DNA of 63,995 bases, the filler included, from Licmophora abbreviata (Eukaryota), in NCBI GenBank assembly GCA_900291995.1. It is 28 parts of 28 records of this genome, joined end to end, with 100 filler letters (N's around TTAATTAATTAA, not from the genome) between each part and the next. Parts side by side here need not be neighbours in the genome. Positions count along the whole stretch, not along the records: positions 32,378 to 33,635 come from OLMU01005481.1; positions 33,736 to 34,802 come from OLMU01005483.1; positions 34,903 to 36,268 come from OLMU01005484.1; positions 36,369 to 38,313 come from OLMU01005485.1; positions 38,414 to 39,461 come from OLMU01005488.1; positions 39,562 to 42,172 come from OLMU01005489.1; positions 42,273 to 48,378 come from OLMU01005490.1; 21 more parts are not named here. The stretch is one strand, 5' to 3'. The notes under the pieces were generated by a model, which was not told where the DNA came from, did no database searches, and worked only from the letters and a program-made list of their open reading frames with translations. Positions 32,378-44,298 of this stretch are shown in pieces (the first letter of the stretch is position 1; every line of letters begins with the position of its first letter). Both the position numbers and the translations under genes were made by a program.

Positions 32378-34974
32378 ACGTTTTCTCAATAATGGAAGCG
32401 TTGGAAGTTTGGATCCTTCGCCTGGTCCTACTCCAGAGCCCACAATGGTGAATCCTCCTCCCACAGACCAGCCTGTGACTCCCGCGCCCACGTCCAGTCC
32501 CACTCCAGAGCCTACAGGAGTGGCTACCTCAGGTCCAACTCCAGCACCTCTTTCTCCTGCTCCAACGACACTAGAGCCGACCAACACAACACCACAGCCA
32601 ACCCTGACCCAAACGCCAGCACCTCTTGCGCCTGTACCGACGACGGCGCAGCCGATAGCACCTTCCGACCCATGTCAATTCGAGTCCCTCAATGTCTTAT
32701 GCTTTAGTCCACTAGGCAATTGTTTGAGACTCTCTCCTTCGACTGATCAATGCCAAGCGGAAGCAACCATGCTTTCATTGGAGTTTTTAGGTGGAGGCTG
32801 TTCTCAGTCTTCCAACTCCCAAAGCAACAACATGTGCAATGACACTGGCGAGCCCATCCAAGAAGGTGAAGATGCTCTTGTCTCCATTTCGGGAGATGGA
32901 GATCAAGTCTACTTTGAGGGAGTGGTACGCGTTGGATCTATCATTACTTTCGGGAATACTGGCGAGCCGATTGATAGCAGGATGGTGACCATCAGGACAT
33001 ATGAGGGAACGGAACCACTCATTCTCGTCTCGGCTGTTACGATGGATCCATCTTGTTCTCCAGAGCAACCAATCTTCCTGCAAGACCGATTTGGCGGTTT
33101 TGAAGTGGTGGAATACTCGTCGACCTCGCAACCAGAGAGCATAAGCGTGTTTGCTCCGGCCCGATTCAATCACGTTGTCGCGGCTAATTCAATTTCAAGT
33201 GTGATCCAGCTTCTCAACTTGACATCGATGGTGTCAACCGCTTTCGGTGGATCAGCGTTCTCCCTCGATATAGATGGCGACGAAGTGCAGCCAGGGGAAT
33301 CAATTGTCAAACGACTGGATATCACTGTCGATACTAGGCTCACGAATCAGGCGTCGATCAGCAGTTCTGTGGTCGGGCAAAGTCCCGATGGACTCTCCAA
33401 GTGTACAGCAAGGTTCAATTTCACTATTGGAGAACCGAATACTCCTCCCGATTTTGCTGAACTCACTTCAAGTCCATCTCCTACAACTTCGTTGTCGCCC
33501 AGACTAACGCGGTCACCGTCATCCAGTCCAGCTCCAACAGCTACGATTTCTCCGACAGTATCACAGGCCCCATCCGATTCGGCCGTGCTCACTTGGACGG
33601 GGTCACCAACATCAAGTCAAGCTCCGTCACTCTCGNNNNNNNNNNNNNNNNNNNNNNNNNNNNNNNNNNNNNNNNNNNNTTAATTAATTAANNNNNNNNN
33701 NNNNNNNNNNNNNNNNNNNNNNNNNNNNNNNNNNNTGGGAGGGATGGTGTAGCAACCTGCCAAGTGGAGGCTGAAATTGAATGTGCTGTCGTGGCTGGAC
33801 CAGGTGTGTCCTGTGGGGACCTCGCAGCGCCATCTGAGTCCCAGTGTATCAGTGAGGCCAATCCGTCCACGCTTACATTTGTGTACACGGGAGAGAAGTG
33901 TGATGCCAGTGTGGAGCTCTGTACGGATGTCAGTGGTGGGCCCTCGAACGCTCTCCAAGTGTCGATTGTTGCAACCTACGATGGCGAGGAACTTTTTTCT
34001 GATACAGTCATGCGCGGCAATACGCGTTCACGATCACTACTGACGGTGGTACCGAGCTGCCGGATGAGTTGGAGTTTACCATTATACAAAGCTCGCGACG
34101 TAATCCGGTGCTTCAGCAATTGACAGTGAGGACTGTGTGTGGCGAAGCGGACGACCTCAGGCTTCTCAACACGTACGGTGCTTTGCAGCTAGCTGGCTTC
34201 GCCAACCCTACACAAGGCTCCAAAAGTATATTCGCCACTGTGCAAATGACCTTCGCAGCGAGCAATATCGGGCTGTATGGTATGCAGCTGCGACAGGCGC
34301 CACTCAGCAGCGGCTTCTCGGGGCAGCAGGATTTGCTTTTTGCTCCGATTGATCTGATGCAGGGCGAAGATACCGTCTTGCATGTGGAAGAGTCCACAGT
34401 CAATTTGGCCAGTGCATCTGGGCGTACCTTTGTGTTTCAGTTGAGCGTGGAAGCGAGTTTGGCCTCGGGGGTAGAGTGTCAGGACGACGAGACGTACACA
34501 CTGACTGTCACAAACGATCCGGTGGTGTCTCAGGGGCTACCAGAGACTCGAGCTCCGACAGCACCCTCTACATCCACTCGATCACTGCTGCCCACGTCCA
34601 GTCCAGCTCCGACTGGGAGCCACAGTCCGACAGCAACACCTCGGCGTACCAAGACGAGATCCCCGACATCCGGTCCGGCGCCGACCAGCTCGCCTTCACC
34701 GACCGCATCGTTAGCCCCCTCGGAGTCATCGGAACCAAATCTGACGATGATGCCGACTTTCAGTCAAGCTCCAACAATGACCCGAGCTCCGACAGCGTCG
34801 CCNNNNNNNNNNNNNNNNNNNNNNNNNNNNNNNNNNNNNNNNNNNNTTAATTAATTAANNNNNNNNNNNNNNNNNNNNNNNNNNNNNNNNNNNNNNNNNN
34901 NNAGCGTGGAAGCGAGTTTGGCCTCGGGGGTGGAGTGTCACGACGACGAGACTTACTTGCTAGCTATTGGATAG
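32378..34974 (+). CDS. Extracellular mucin-like protein: Pro/Thr/Ser stalks alternating with repeated Cys-containing beta domains (DUF7467-like); spans gaps; apparent frameshift near 34020
   Basis: PTxAP/SPT tracts. Two related domains (LEFLGGGCSQSSNSQ...C.D.G; FVYTGEKC...CTDVSGGP...YGALQLAGF). Region 34903-34950 is near-identical to 34444-34491, implying a further copy. Confidence 0.7.
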
Positions 34975-35678
34975 CCAGTGACGAAATTTTGACGGTCGAC
35001 GTGACCGACTTGCACTACTCGCTTAGTTTGTAATAGATTACTTATGTTATGTTAGCAGCTTCCAGCTTCTCATACGATCTTTTGGTATCCCTTGTGAGGT
35101 TGGGCTACTATTTTATGGTTCGTTCACCGGCGTACCTGATACACCACGGTACCCTTCGAAATAGCAAAAAAGATAGCTCGGCGCCCTCTACTAGCTGGAT
35201 TAAGTCACATGATCTACGTATTACATGTCTTCCTAACCCCAATACGATGGAGCAATGCTCATTCATTTCTTGCATTGATCCCCGACAACATACCAGGTAT
35301 CTCATAGAGGTACTCGTACTTTCGTATTGCCTCCCCAAGACCTCGCGGACCAGCATAGTACGATGTATGTTCAATGTACGAACAGAGTTCAGCAGTCATC
35401 ATTTTCCATCGTGATGGTCCGCTGTCTTATTAGTGCAAAGTGATCGTTGGAGGAAAACTTCAAGCTACGGAGTGACACCTGGTAATCCTGGATGGGAACC
35501 GGTCATCGTCTGGAACTCTACGTACGTTGAAGCAACGTACATTCTGGTACAAATGTCAAGATCGGATTGTTTCGTGTGAAGTAGTGAAGCGCCATGATAG
35601 GATGAGGCCACGGATCGAAACCTAATCTCTTTTTCCGCTCTCACAAGACGACTTTCCGCCCCAACGACGCCCAGCGCG

Positions 35679-36573
35679 ATGTTTTACCTAGGTCTGAGGA
35701 TGCTTCAGAAGATGGATCATGGTATTGACTCCAGTGTGGGTCAGAATAGTTTCGTCGAAGATCCCGTTTCTGGATCGGCCTTGACAGATGGGGTACAGCA
35801 CGTCATGGATCACGGTGGCAGCATGAGTGGAGGAACTTCGTTTTGTACCTCTCATATGGGAGGGGGCATGGTCATGTATATGGACGGTACGATAAGGATC
35901 TACTGAAAATGAATGAAACTTCGCTCTTATATCGTCGCTTCGTTCAGAACTCTAAAATGTTGCTTGCTCTTCTTGCTTTCTCTCCTTGTGCCTTCTTAGG
36001 ATTCCGGTTCTCTCTTACTGGCAACCATCCTTGTTTAAATTTATACTTTCCAAGTTGGACATTGGATACTCGGGGAAAGTTCGTGGCTGCCATGCTGGGT
36101 GTAGTTCTGCTGTCCATCCTGGTCGAGGCCGTGTCCAAGCTTCGATATGTCGCACAGCGCAATCTACGTAGTACTCATCACAAATACAAACGATCGCTCA
36201 TTACACTGTTGCATGGCGTGCAGGCACTTGTCGGATACATTCTAATGCTTGCCACCATGACATTTTCGNNNNNNNNNNNNNNNNNNNNNNNNNNNNNNNN
36301 NNNNNNNNNNNNTTAATTAATTAANNNNNNNNNNNNNNNNNNNNNNNNNNNNNNNNNNNNNNNNNNNNCAACCATGTGACAACGAATCCCTGCTGCAACT
36401 TTATTCAAGGGGAGGCGGATGAGCGAGAGTTGAATTCCAAGTTGTCTACATCACCGGAGAGACCAGACACGCCGCCATCTGTAAGCAACAGCCACGACGG
36501 AGCCGAGGAGGTTTCGAACATGCACGATACTGGTCGAGGAGACGCTGCAATGTGGGGGGCCGACACCATATGA
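35679..36573 (+). CDS. CTR-family copper transporter (intron 35887-35999; spans gap)
   Basis: Met/His-rich N-terminus (MDH, MGGGMVMYMDG), LYFPSWTLDTRGKF, and YILMLATMTFS with the MxxxM motif. Confidence 0.9.
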
Positions 36574-37407
36574 GGATCGTTCAATCACGTATAAACATTC
36601 GTCAGTTGCTCACATAGTTGGCGGGATGAAGAATACTAGAGATAGTGATGTAATGTACAAAAGCACAATACTAGTATCATAGCAGGCACCATGTAGCAGT
36701 AGTCTGGCTGCACGAGTGTGTTCTCCAACTCTTCGCCGTACCCACGTCAGCTAGGAGAACCGAGTGAGTCATCATTAAGACTTTGCGTCTGCTTGGAGTT
36801 TGGTTCACTAGTTCAACTGCCGTCAAACATGATTATGCCAAACAATATGCCCCTGTGCATCTTCGAACTTGTCGAAAAGGTGCGTGAATCACAATCTCGA
36901 GAATCCGTCCTCTTCTTCTGTTTGATACCGGGCCCTCGTAGGATTATACGGTGTCACGCACTGGTACAGTCAACTTCCAAATGTTGTGTACCTCCGACAT
37001 ATTTCGAGACGGTCAGGAACGGATATTTAACGATTCATTCGCTCATGTGCTCGGCAATTGCTGTCATGACATTATATTTAATGTCTATTTTCTGACACGA
37101 GTTCGAAGGGAGTGATAATATGTCCTGGTACAGTTGTCAAGCTTGTTTCTGACTATTTGAAAGACATACTGAAAGACATTTTATGATGTAATCACACTTG
37201 TAGGTTTACTTAACACAGCAATGCACGTGTGCACGGTCACGAGCCAGAGACATAAGGCTACTTGTGCTCACAATCGCTCTCGAGCATCGTGTTTCAACAA
37301 AAAATCCTTTTCCTCCTGGGTGAGGCCCATTCACACTCGACGGTGATCACAGTGGAATACCGCAGTGTCCTCACGTTGAAATTTTCTTGCCGTGACCGAA
37401 GAGCATC

Positions 37408-38313
37408 ATGCAGCGACAACTGTTTCTGTCATGTCTATTGGCGACGCTGGCAACAGGAATACTTGGAGAGTCACATATACATGCTGTGCCGTCCAATCCG
37501 CTTGGCTGGGAGGAGGTTCACCCGGACTTGGAATCTACACATCGGTTGTTCTTGAGGGGCGATCCCGCTCACGGGAATGTTCACGTTGTCGACCAGGATG
37601 GACACATCATGGAGAGGGATGCAGCGACAAGACTTCATAAGCGCCGAGAGCTGTCGTCGTACGCAGAAAACGCCACAGTCGTGCACCACCAGCTCCACTG
37701 CCATGGTCAAGACGACCAGGATTGGTGCCCTGATGCGTTGCCCGAGGAAGTCGATATTATGAGCAGAAGCGGGCAAACCACGCATATGACAGGAACGTAT
37801 CGTCTTCTTGTCTTGCTGGTTCGCTTTTCAGATCACGCTTCTCGAAAGTTGCCTACCCGAGAAGACGTGAAGACCCTCTTTGAAACCAGTAACAATCCCA
37901 GCATTACTCCCACTGGAAGCGTTCGTGAGTTCTTCAAGTCTCAATCATTCGAAAATCTCAACGTGGTTGCCAAGGTTAGGGATTGGGTAACCCTACCGGG
38001 CACTGAAGATGACTATTCTCACGGCAGACATGGCATGACATCGGTGTTTGGGGCTGAGACCACACACGATGTCCTTGAACAGATGGAAAGCGAGAACTAC
38101 GACTGGTCACTACACGACCGAAACGGTGATGGGAAGCTAGACGGTGTTCTGATTCTTCATTCTGGTTTTGCCGCGGAGGCGTCGGGAAGACCTGACTGCC
38201 TTACCGGACAGGTGTGGGGACCGCATCGGATTTGGAGCCACCAAACAACAGCTGGCGGACCCGACGTCTGGAAAAGTAAGGACGGCAACTATAAGATCGG
38301 CAGATATGCTACT
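37408..38313 (+). CDS. Secreted M6 (immune inhibitor A-type) metalloprotease, N-terminal part
   Basis: Signal peptide; LLVLLVRFSDH, GSVREFFKSQSF, DRNGDGKLDGVLILHSGFAAE, RIWSH. The HExxH motif would fall in the gap. Confidence 0.85.
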
Positions 38314-38413
38314 NNNNNNNNNNNNNNNNNNNNNNNNNNNNNNNNNNNNNNNNNNNNTTAATTAATTAANNNNNNNNNNNNNNNNNNNNNNNNNNNNNNN
38401 NNNNNNNNNNNNN

Positions 38414-39461
38414 CCCATGACAAGTGCATCCGTGGCCATCGTGTATTCTCAATGCAGGTTGGAAGCAAGAGAGCGAACAATCTTGATGTAACAAGGCAAG
38501 CTGGCTGTCGGACGGTTCACAAAGTTCAGTTCACCGAAGTTTCACCGAACCCGGGTGGTGACCTTCTGGTTATGCTCTTTGCAAATGGCGAAGAGGGAAG
38601 TTTCCCCTTCCTATCTACCCTAGAGGTGATTGAAAGTCCACAATGGGCTCGCAAAGAAGTGAGTGCACCGCCTACTTCAACCAGAGATGTTCCCATCGAA
38701 AAAGTTCATTTTGGTTCGAACAAGTCCGTCGATGGCTACGGCCCTTCTGTACAGGCTGATTTCCTCGGTTCTGCTCGTTTTTGGAATCCCAAGGTCGACA
38801 TTCAGGGCTCGTCAGCAAACAGAGCCTACGCCGGGCACGTCTTCTCTGCAAGTAGCCTCTTCTATGTCCTTCGGCTCGAAAGCGGTAAAAGATATGATGT
38901 CAAGATGGGTTTTGCTGAGTCGTATCGTGGCAACTGCGGAACTGGCAAGCGAGTTTTCTCGGCCTCGGTGGGCTCCAAGACGCTTTCAGACATTGACGTA
39001 TTTAATGCTGTTGGCTGTTTCACAGCATATGATGTATGGTTCAAGGATGTGCGGGCGCATGGCAACGGTGATCTTCTCGTCGTACTGGCCCAGCAGAAAG
39101 AGAACCCCTTTATGAGTACGCTCGATGTCTCCTTGTCACCGAAACCATTCCTCAAGCTTCATTTTGGATCACGAAAGCCAGCAGGGGAGTATGGCGTGCC
39201 TGAACCGTCAAGAATGATCGGATACTCAGCGAAAAGGTTCCCTGGAAATGGGGGAGAAATATTAGGTACGGCAGATCCTTGGGCATACGCGGGGCACGTG
39301 TGGTCAAAAGAGTTTGTCGGCTACCGGCTTTCGCTTGATCCAACAAAGCGGTATGACATTGTCCTTGGTTTCTCTGAGTCTTTCGAGCCGAACTGTCGCG
39401 TCGGCCATCGCGTATTCTCGGCCGTCGTAGGTGACGTAACAATGTCGGACATTGATGTATT
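38414..39461 (+). CDS. At least three tandem malectin-like carbohydrate-binding domains (probably the C-terminal part of the M6 gene)
   Basis: Repeated unit HFGS...AYAGHV(F/W)S...RYD(V/I)xxGF(A/S)ES....C..G.RVFS..VG.....DIDV. The frame is open from gap to gap. Confidence 0.75.
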
Positions 39462-39561
39462 NNNNNNNNNNNNNNNNNNNNNNNNNNNNNNNNNNNNNNN
39501 NNNNNTTAATTAATTAANNNNNNNNNNNNNNNNNNNNNNNNNNNNNNNNNNNNNNNNNNNN

Positions 39562-41179
39562 TCTCGGCGAGTTGTGCCATGAGATGTGCGACGAAACGCA
39601 CATGCTTGTCAGCAACACGAGACAGTCGCACTTTTTGGTTTTTATGCAGTAAGTCCCAAATATTCAGTTTAGAAAGCGAGCGAGGGTTGCAAGGATGCCT
39701 TCCATCTGCATCTTCTGTTCCGAAAGAATGGGTATCATCGGACATAATAGCGTAGATGCGACTTTGACCGGAGGAAGGGCTCTCGAGGCTCGCGCAGGGC
39801 CTCGGTGGCGTCAGGCCGACCGCAGTGTTTAGGCCCGAGCCAGTCGATGGCACGTCTGTGAGGGTCACCACATCGACGGCGACCTGACGGGTGGAAGCGA
39901 TGTAAATGTCCATGAAGAATCCTGCGGTTACGATTGCGACAATCCCGGACCATCCGACGCCGTCGCACACCCAGTAGGGAATGAGAGCCCACAGAAAGAA
40001 GCTCCCAACTTCCATGCCAGGATTCAAAAGCCTCCTGAAAAGCCAAAAGTAGACCAGACATAGCAGGGAACAGATGAATCCAATCGCAATGGACCCAAAA
40101 CCCATGATAAGAAAGTCGGCTGTTGCTCCGAGGATTTCGTCAAACCTGACTGTGCCCTCGCCAAAGCGATCAATCAGTACATGCGAGACCGTAATGGCTA
40201 CACCATCGTTGAGCAAGCTCTCTCCAAAGACGAGAATATAAACAGTATCGGTCTGATCGAGGTGCAAGCTCGCCAGGACACTCAGGATCGCCACGGGATC
40301 AATGGATGAAATGAGACCTCCATATATCAAAGAGTCCAACAAAGGAAGTGTCGTGGTGTCAGGCAAGAATTTGGAAGAGTAGTGCACCATGAACCCTGTC
40401 ACAAAGGTACTCATGATCGTTCCGAAGACAGCGAACATAAAGATGGCCAATCTCCTGCGACGAAAGTGCTCTTTGCTTACTGTCAAAGAAGCTTCAAAGA
40501 TGATCGGAGGAAGCAGCACAGCGAGCAAGACCTCTCCGTCAAAACTGATGGACTCAATGTCGGCTCCGGGGATGAGGTGTGCCAGAATACCCAACACGAC
40601 TCCCACAAGGATACATACAGCAGCTTCGGGCAAGAAGCGTACATCGTGTCTCTTGACAAGACTTTTGGCGACTTCGCAGAATAGCAGTGCCGAAGCTACC
40701 ACGAGCAGGTGCATGTTCGTGAGCAAACTGTTCTCTTGACAGTACTCGCTGTGAAGGCCTATTAGAGACTCACAGCATTTGTGCTCGTAGAAATCACCAA
40801 AGTAGTCATCCTGATCGTTGTCTTCCTCGTAATAGCCAACAGACTCGCAGCTTGCTCCAACGTAGGCATTCTGAATGCCCTCACAGGTGTCCTTGGCATC
40901 GGTAGTTCCCTCAAGGAAGCCGATAAGATATTCACTGCATTTCTCATTGATACCATTGTCGTCGTAGAGCTGATAGTCTGATTCTTGTTCATCCAAGAAA
41001 CGTTTCCAGCTCTTCCCTGCCTTGATGCGTTTCCTTGGCTTGTATCGCTTGTTCTTGTTATGCAGCGACGCTGTTGCACCCGTACTAGTGGGTGATTTGG
41101 CGCCAGAAGCCGTTGCACTCGAACTTTGCCGCAAAATCAAGAGCAACGGCGCCCATGATGCCAGCGATCGACCTCTCAT
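39562..41179 (-). CDS. CPA1 Na+/H+ exchanger (NHE/NHX) with signal peptide and Cys-rich N-terminal domain; 3' truncated
   Basis: LPEAAVCILVG, VLLPPIIFEAS, GGLISSIDPVAIL, LVFGESLLNDGVAI, WSGIVAIV. Confidence 0.93.
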
Positions 41180-41707
41180 GGTACTGTATAACGAGACTTC
41201 AATTCTATACGCAGGTTCGCAGGAAGACGGGGTCAAACGCTAGACGAATGTCGTCTCAAGTCTTCCGTCACAAGCTGTTACTGTTACCCCCCTGTCCCCG
41301 TGTGCCCAAGCGCATGCCCGCGGATAACAAGAAATGCGATCGGTGTGACGGCGATTCAAGTTGGATTTTAAAAACGGTAGAAAACATAATCGGTACTTCA
41401 GGATTTTAAGCTAGTTCTGAGCTTTAATAAATTTTCTTGAAAATATTCATACATTTATAAAAATAATGATAAGTCGCCGTTAACAGTCTGTTACTTCGTA
41501 TATTACAACGGTCAATAAGCAATAAGGCCTAAGTGGTGAGCTCCCTTGCCTGAATATAGCGTCCACAAGAGCTCGTGAGATTTCACCTTGGTTTTGTTTC
41601 AAATCTATTTTTCAAAATTGACCATGACGCCTCGCGACGGTCGCGTTGCATGAGTTGCCTTTCTTACCTGATACCGTTTATCTTGATTATTCGTTTCGTT
41701 TCCATTC

Positions 41708-42545
41708 ATGGAAGACTTGGTTCAAGAGGCACTTCTTGCCGCAGGAGTAACTCTCGAGTCGAGCGATAGTACAGAAAACGACGTCTTGCTCAAGTTCCAA
41801 GAATGGATCGATCCAGAGAGTCTGTCTCCTTGGTCCCTGGAAGATTGTGCTCCGCTCGACCCTGACTTTTATATCAGATTCTCCCGGATACTGCGCTATG
41901 CGTGGAGCTCGCATGAGTTTCTGCTGACAGACGATGTAGAAACGACGCTTCACGGAACGATCGATGCGGTGCGAGCAACCTACTGGCTCGTTCAAGTCAT
42001 GGATCAACGCGCGTCGTCGGATACGTCGTCCTTCACGTCCGAGTTACTCCGACACAATGAATCAGTGCAGGAGGACATGGTGGTCTCACTGTTTTCACAT
42101 ATAGCCAACTTGTCGCCTCTGCAGCAGCAAATACACTACTGGACCCAAGCATCACGACAGCGCACCTTTACTNNNNNNNNNNNNNNNNNNNNNNNNNNNN
42201 NNNNNNNNNNNNNNNNTTAATTAATTAANNNNNNNNNNNNNNNNNNNNNNNNNNNNNNNNNNNNNNNNNNNNTCATTGTCGCTCGAGCAGACTGCCCAAC
42301 AGAATGGGTTGGCGTTCGAAGCCGCAAGCTTCTATTTCGCATGGGAGTCTGACTGGCTTGGGGCTCAGGCAAGGACAGCAGCCGTTGTAGAGTTCGAAGC
42401 TTCTTTGGAGATTGAGCTCAGGGAGATATTTGTCGCAGATCGCGAACTGCAGCTCCGATGCTTCGCCACTGGAGATCATCCACAAGTCAGCGTAACAATT
42501 ACGCGAGTCGACACCAAGACGGAAGCCCAGGCTCACACTTGCTAA
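41708..42545 (+). CDS. Hypothetical protein (N- and C-terminal pieces flank gap 42173-42272)
   Basis: 170-aa ORF from an ATG runs into the gap, and an open frame after the gap stops at 42545. No motif recognised. Confidence 0.5.
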
Positions 42546-44298
42546 TGATAGAGTCGAGTCCGGTATGTTAATGTTTATTCATTCACAGGAGTCATGTATA
42601 GTACTTCGTATTCTGACAGCAACGACACAATAGGAGGACAAAGTGTAGTCTACCATGGGAACGGTTTTGTTATAACCTGAACCGCGATACCCCTCAAATC
42701 GTGGACCGTGACTGACTATTCGTGACTCGACTCGCGTCGCGTCGCTCCCAAAAAGATACCGGTACTCGACACACATCGCAACCCACACCCCACACCCACA
42801 TCACAGTTAGAGTGACTCTGCCATCCGAAGACTTCCGTTGGTTGCCAAAGACACTTTGCGACGACAATCCTCTGAGTTTCAGGTCTATATAGAGAGTTTA
42901 ACTATCATTGAAGTGCCAAACCGTTCGAATGTATTGCCGGTTCAAGCTCACGGCTGCGGCTGACATGTTCTTGCGCTTCTCTGCCGTCCTGCTGCTGCTA
43001 CCGCTCATTCCGCAGCAGCCAGTCGTCATCCGCTGCAACAAGCTCTACTGAAAGACACTGGACAACCTGGCTGTGGAGCAAACTACGAAAACGGGGCAAG
43101 ACCGTCCTTCCGTTTCGGGCATCATCAAGCTATGCAACACTACCATTCGGAACACTGCTCCAAGAAAGAGCATCACGACACATACATCGCCGACTCGCAG
43201 ATTTCTTGTTTCAAGATGAGCATTGTGACATGGTACTCGCCGGGGTGAGTAGTAGAAACAAGGTCGAACCATTGCAGCATCCCGACCTGAAGCTCTGTCG
43301 GCTGTTGCAGGTCGAACCGTTGTCACAGAATCACCAACCGCATTCCAGTACTCGTCTCGAAGCATTCACTTTTCGGGTCTGACACTACACACGCTTGCCG
43401 CCTCAGTGGGAGGCAAGCATGTGCTGCTATTCCTGCTGCTGAACAGAGAATTCCATTGATTCTCGATGAGCTGGGGTGGATAGCCCGGGACCTCTCGTGT
43501 GCGTCCTCCACCAGGTCACGGGGGCGAGACGTACTACTTTCAACAGCAACCAAGACATTCCTGCTCCATCCTCACGACTCTTTCTACCTTTTCGCTCGTC
43601 TTGCGCAACAAGAGCAACACCAACAAACCAACACAAGAGACGAACGCACACTATCAATATTTCTGCCGAATACTTGCACAACGAAGATGACGGCATGAGT
43701 GGTATTCTCCTTCGCCCTGTTGCCAACTTTCGTATTCAAGTCAGTTGTCCTTCCTCCTTGTGGCGCATCTTGCCTGTTAGCGGGAGTCTATAGCCGAAGA
43801 GCAAGGCAGTGAGGCTATTTCTCGCGCTGTGGAACCAGACATTGGACTTGTCCCTGAAAGCGCTCGAGGAGAAGCATGAAATGGACGCCGATGACGAGTA
43901 AACAAAAAAAGACAAGAGAATGCGTGCTGGTGGAGAGAGAGAGAGACACTAGTAATGTTAGTAGGCAAATAGGCACAGTATGTTCAGACAGCTGCCATTA
44001 CATGTTACAGTGGTTGTGGGAGTGATATGTACATCGCCGGGAGACGAAGGCGTCCGGCCGCCGCACAGACTGTGCGCACCTCTCTGCGTTACGGTCGCGC
44101 GACGAGATCTATTTTCAATTTCCACAGAGAGAGAGGGTGTATCATAGCCCACCATGGCGATCTTGTTGTGCGGATGGTCTCCTCGCCGTGATCTACAGTA
44201 GTGCTTTCTCGTGTTTGTTTCGATAGACTTCAAACAATTTACCTTTCATTGTGGTCACTGCGTTTCCTTTGAAAGAAGAGTCACATCTCGTTCGGCCC

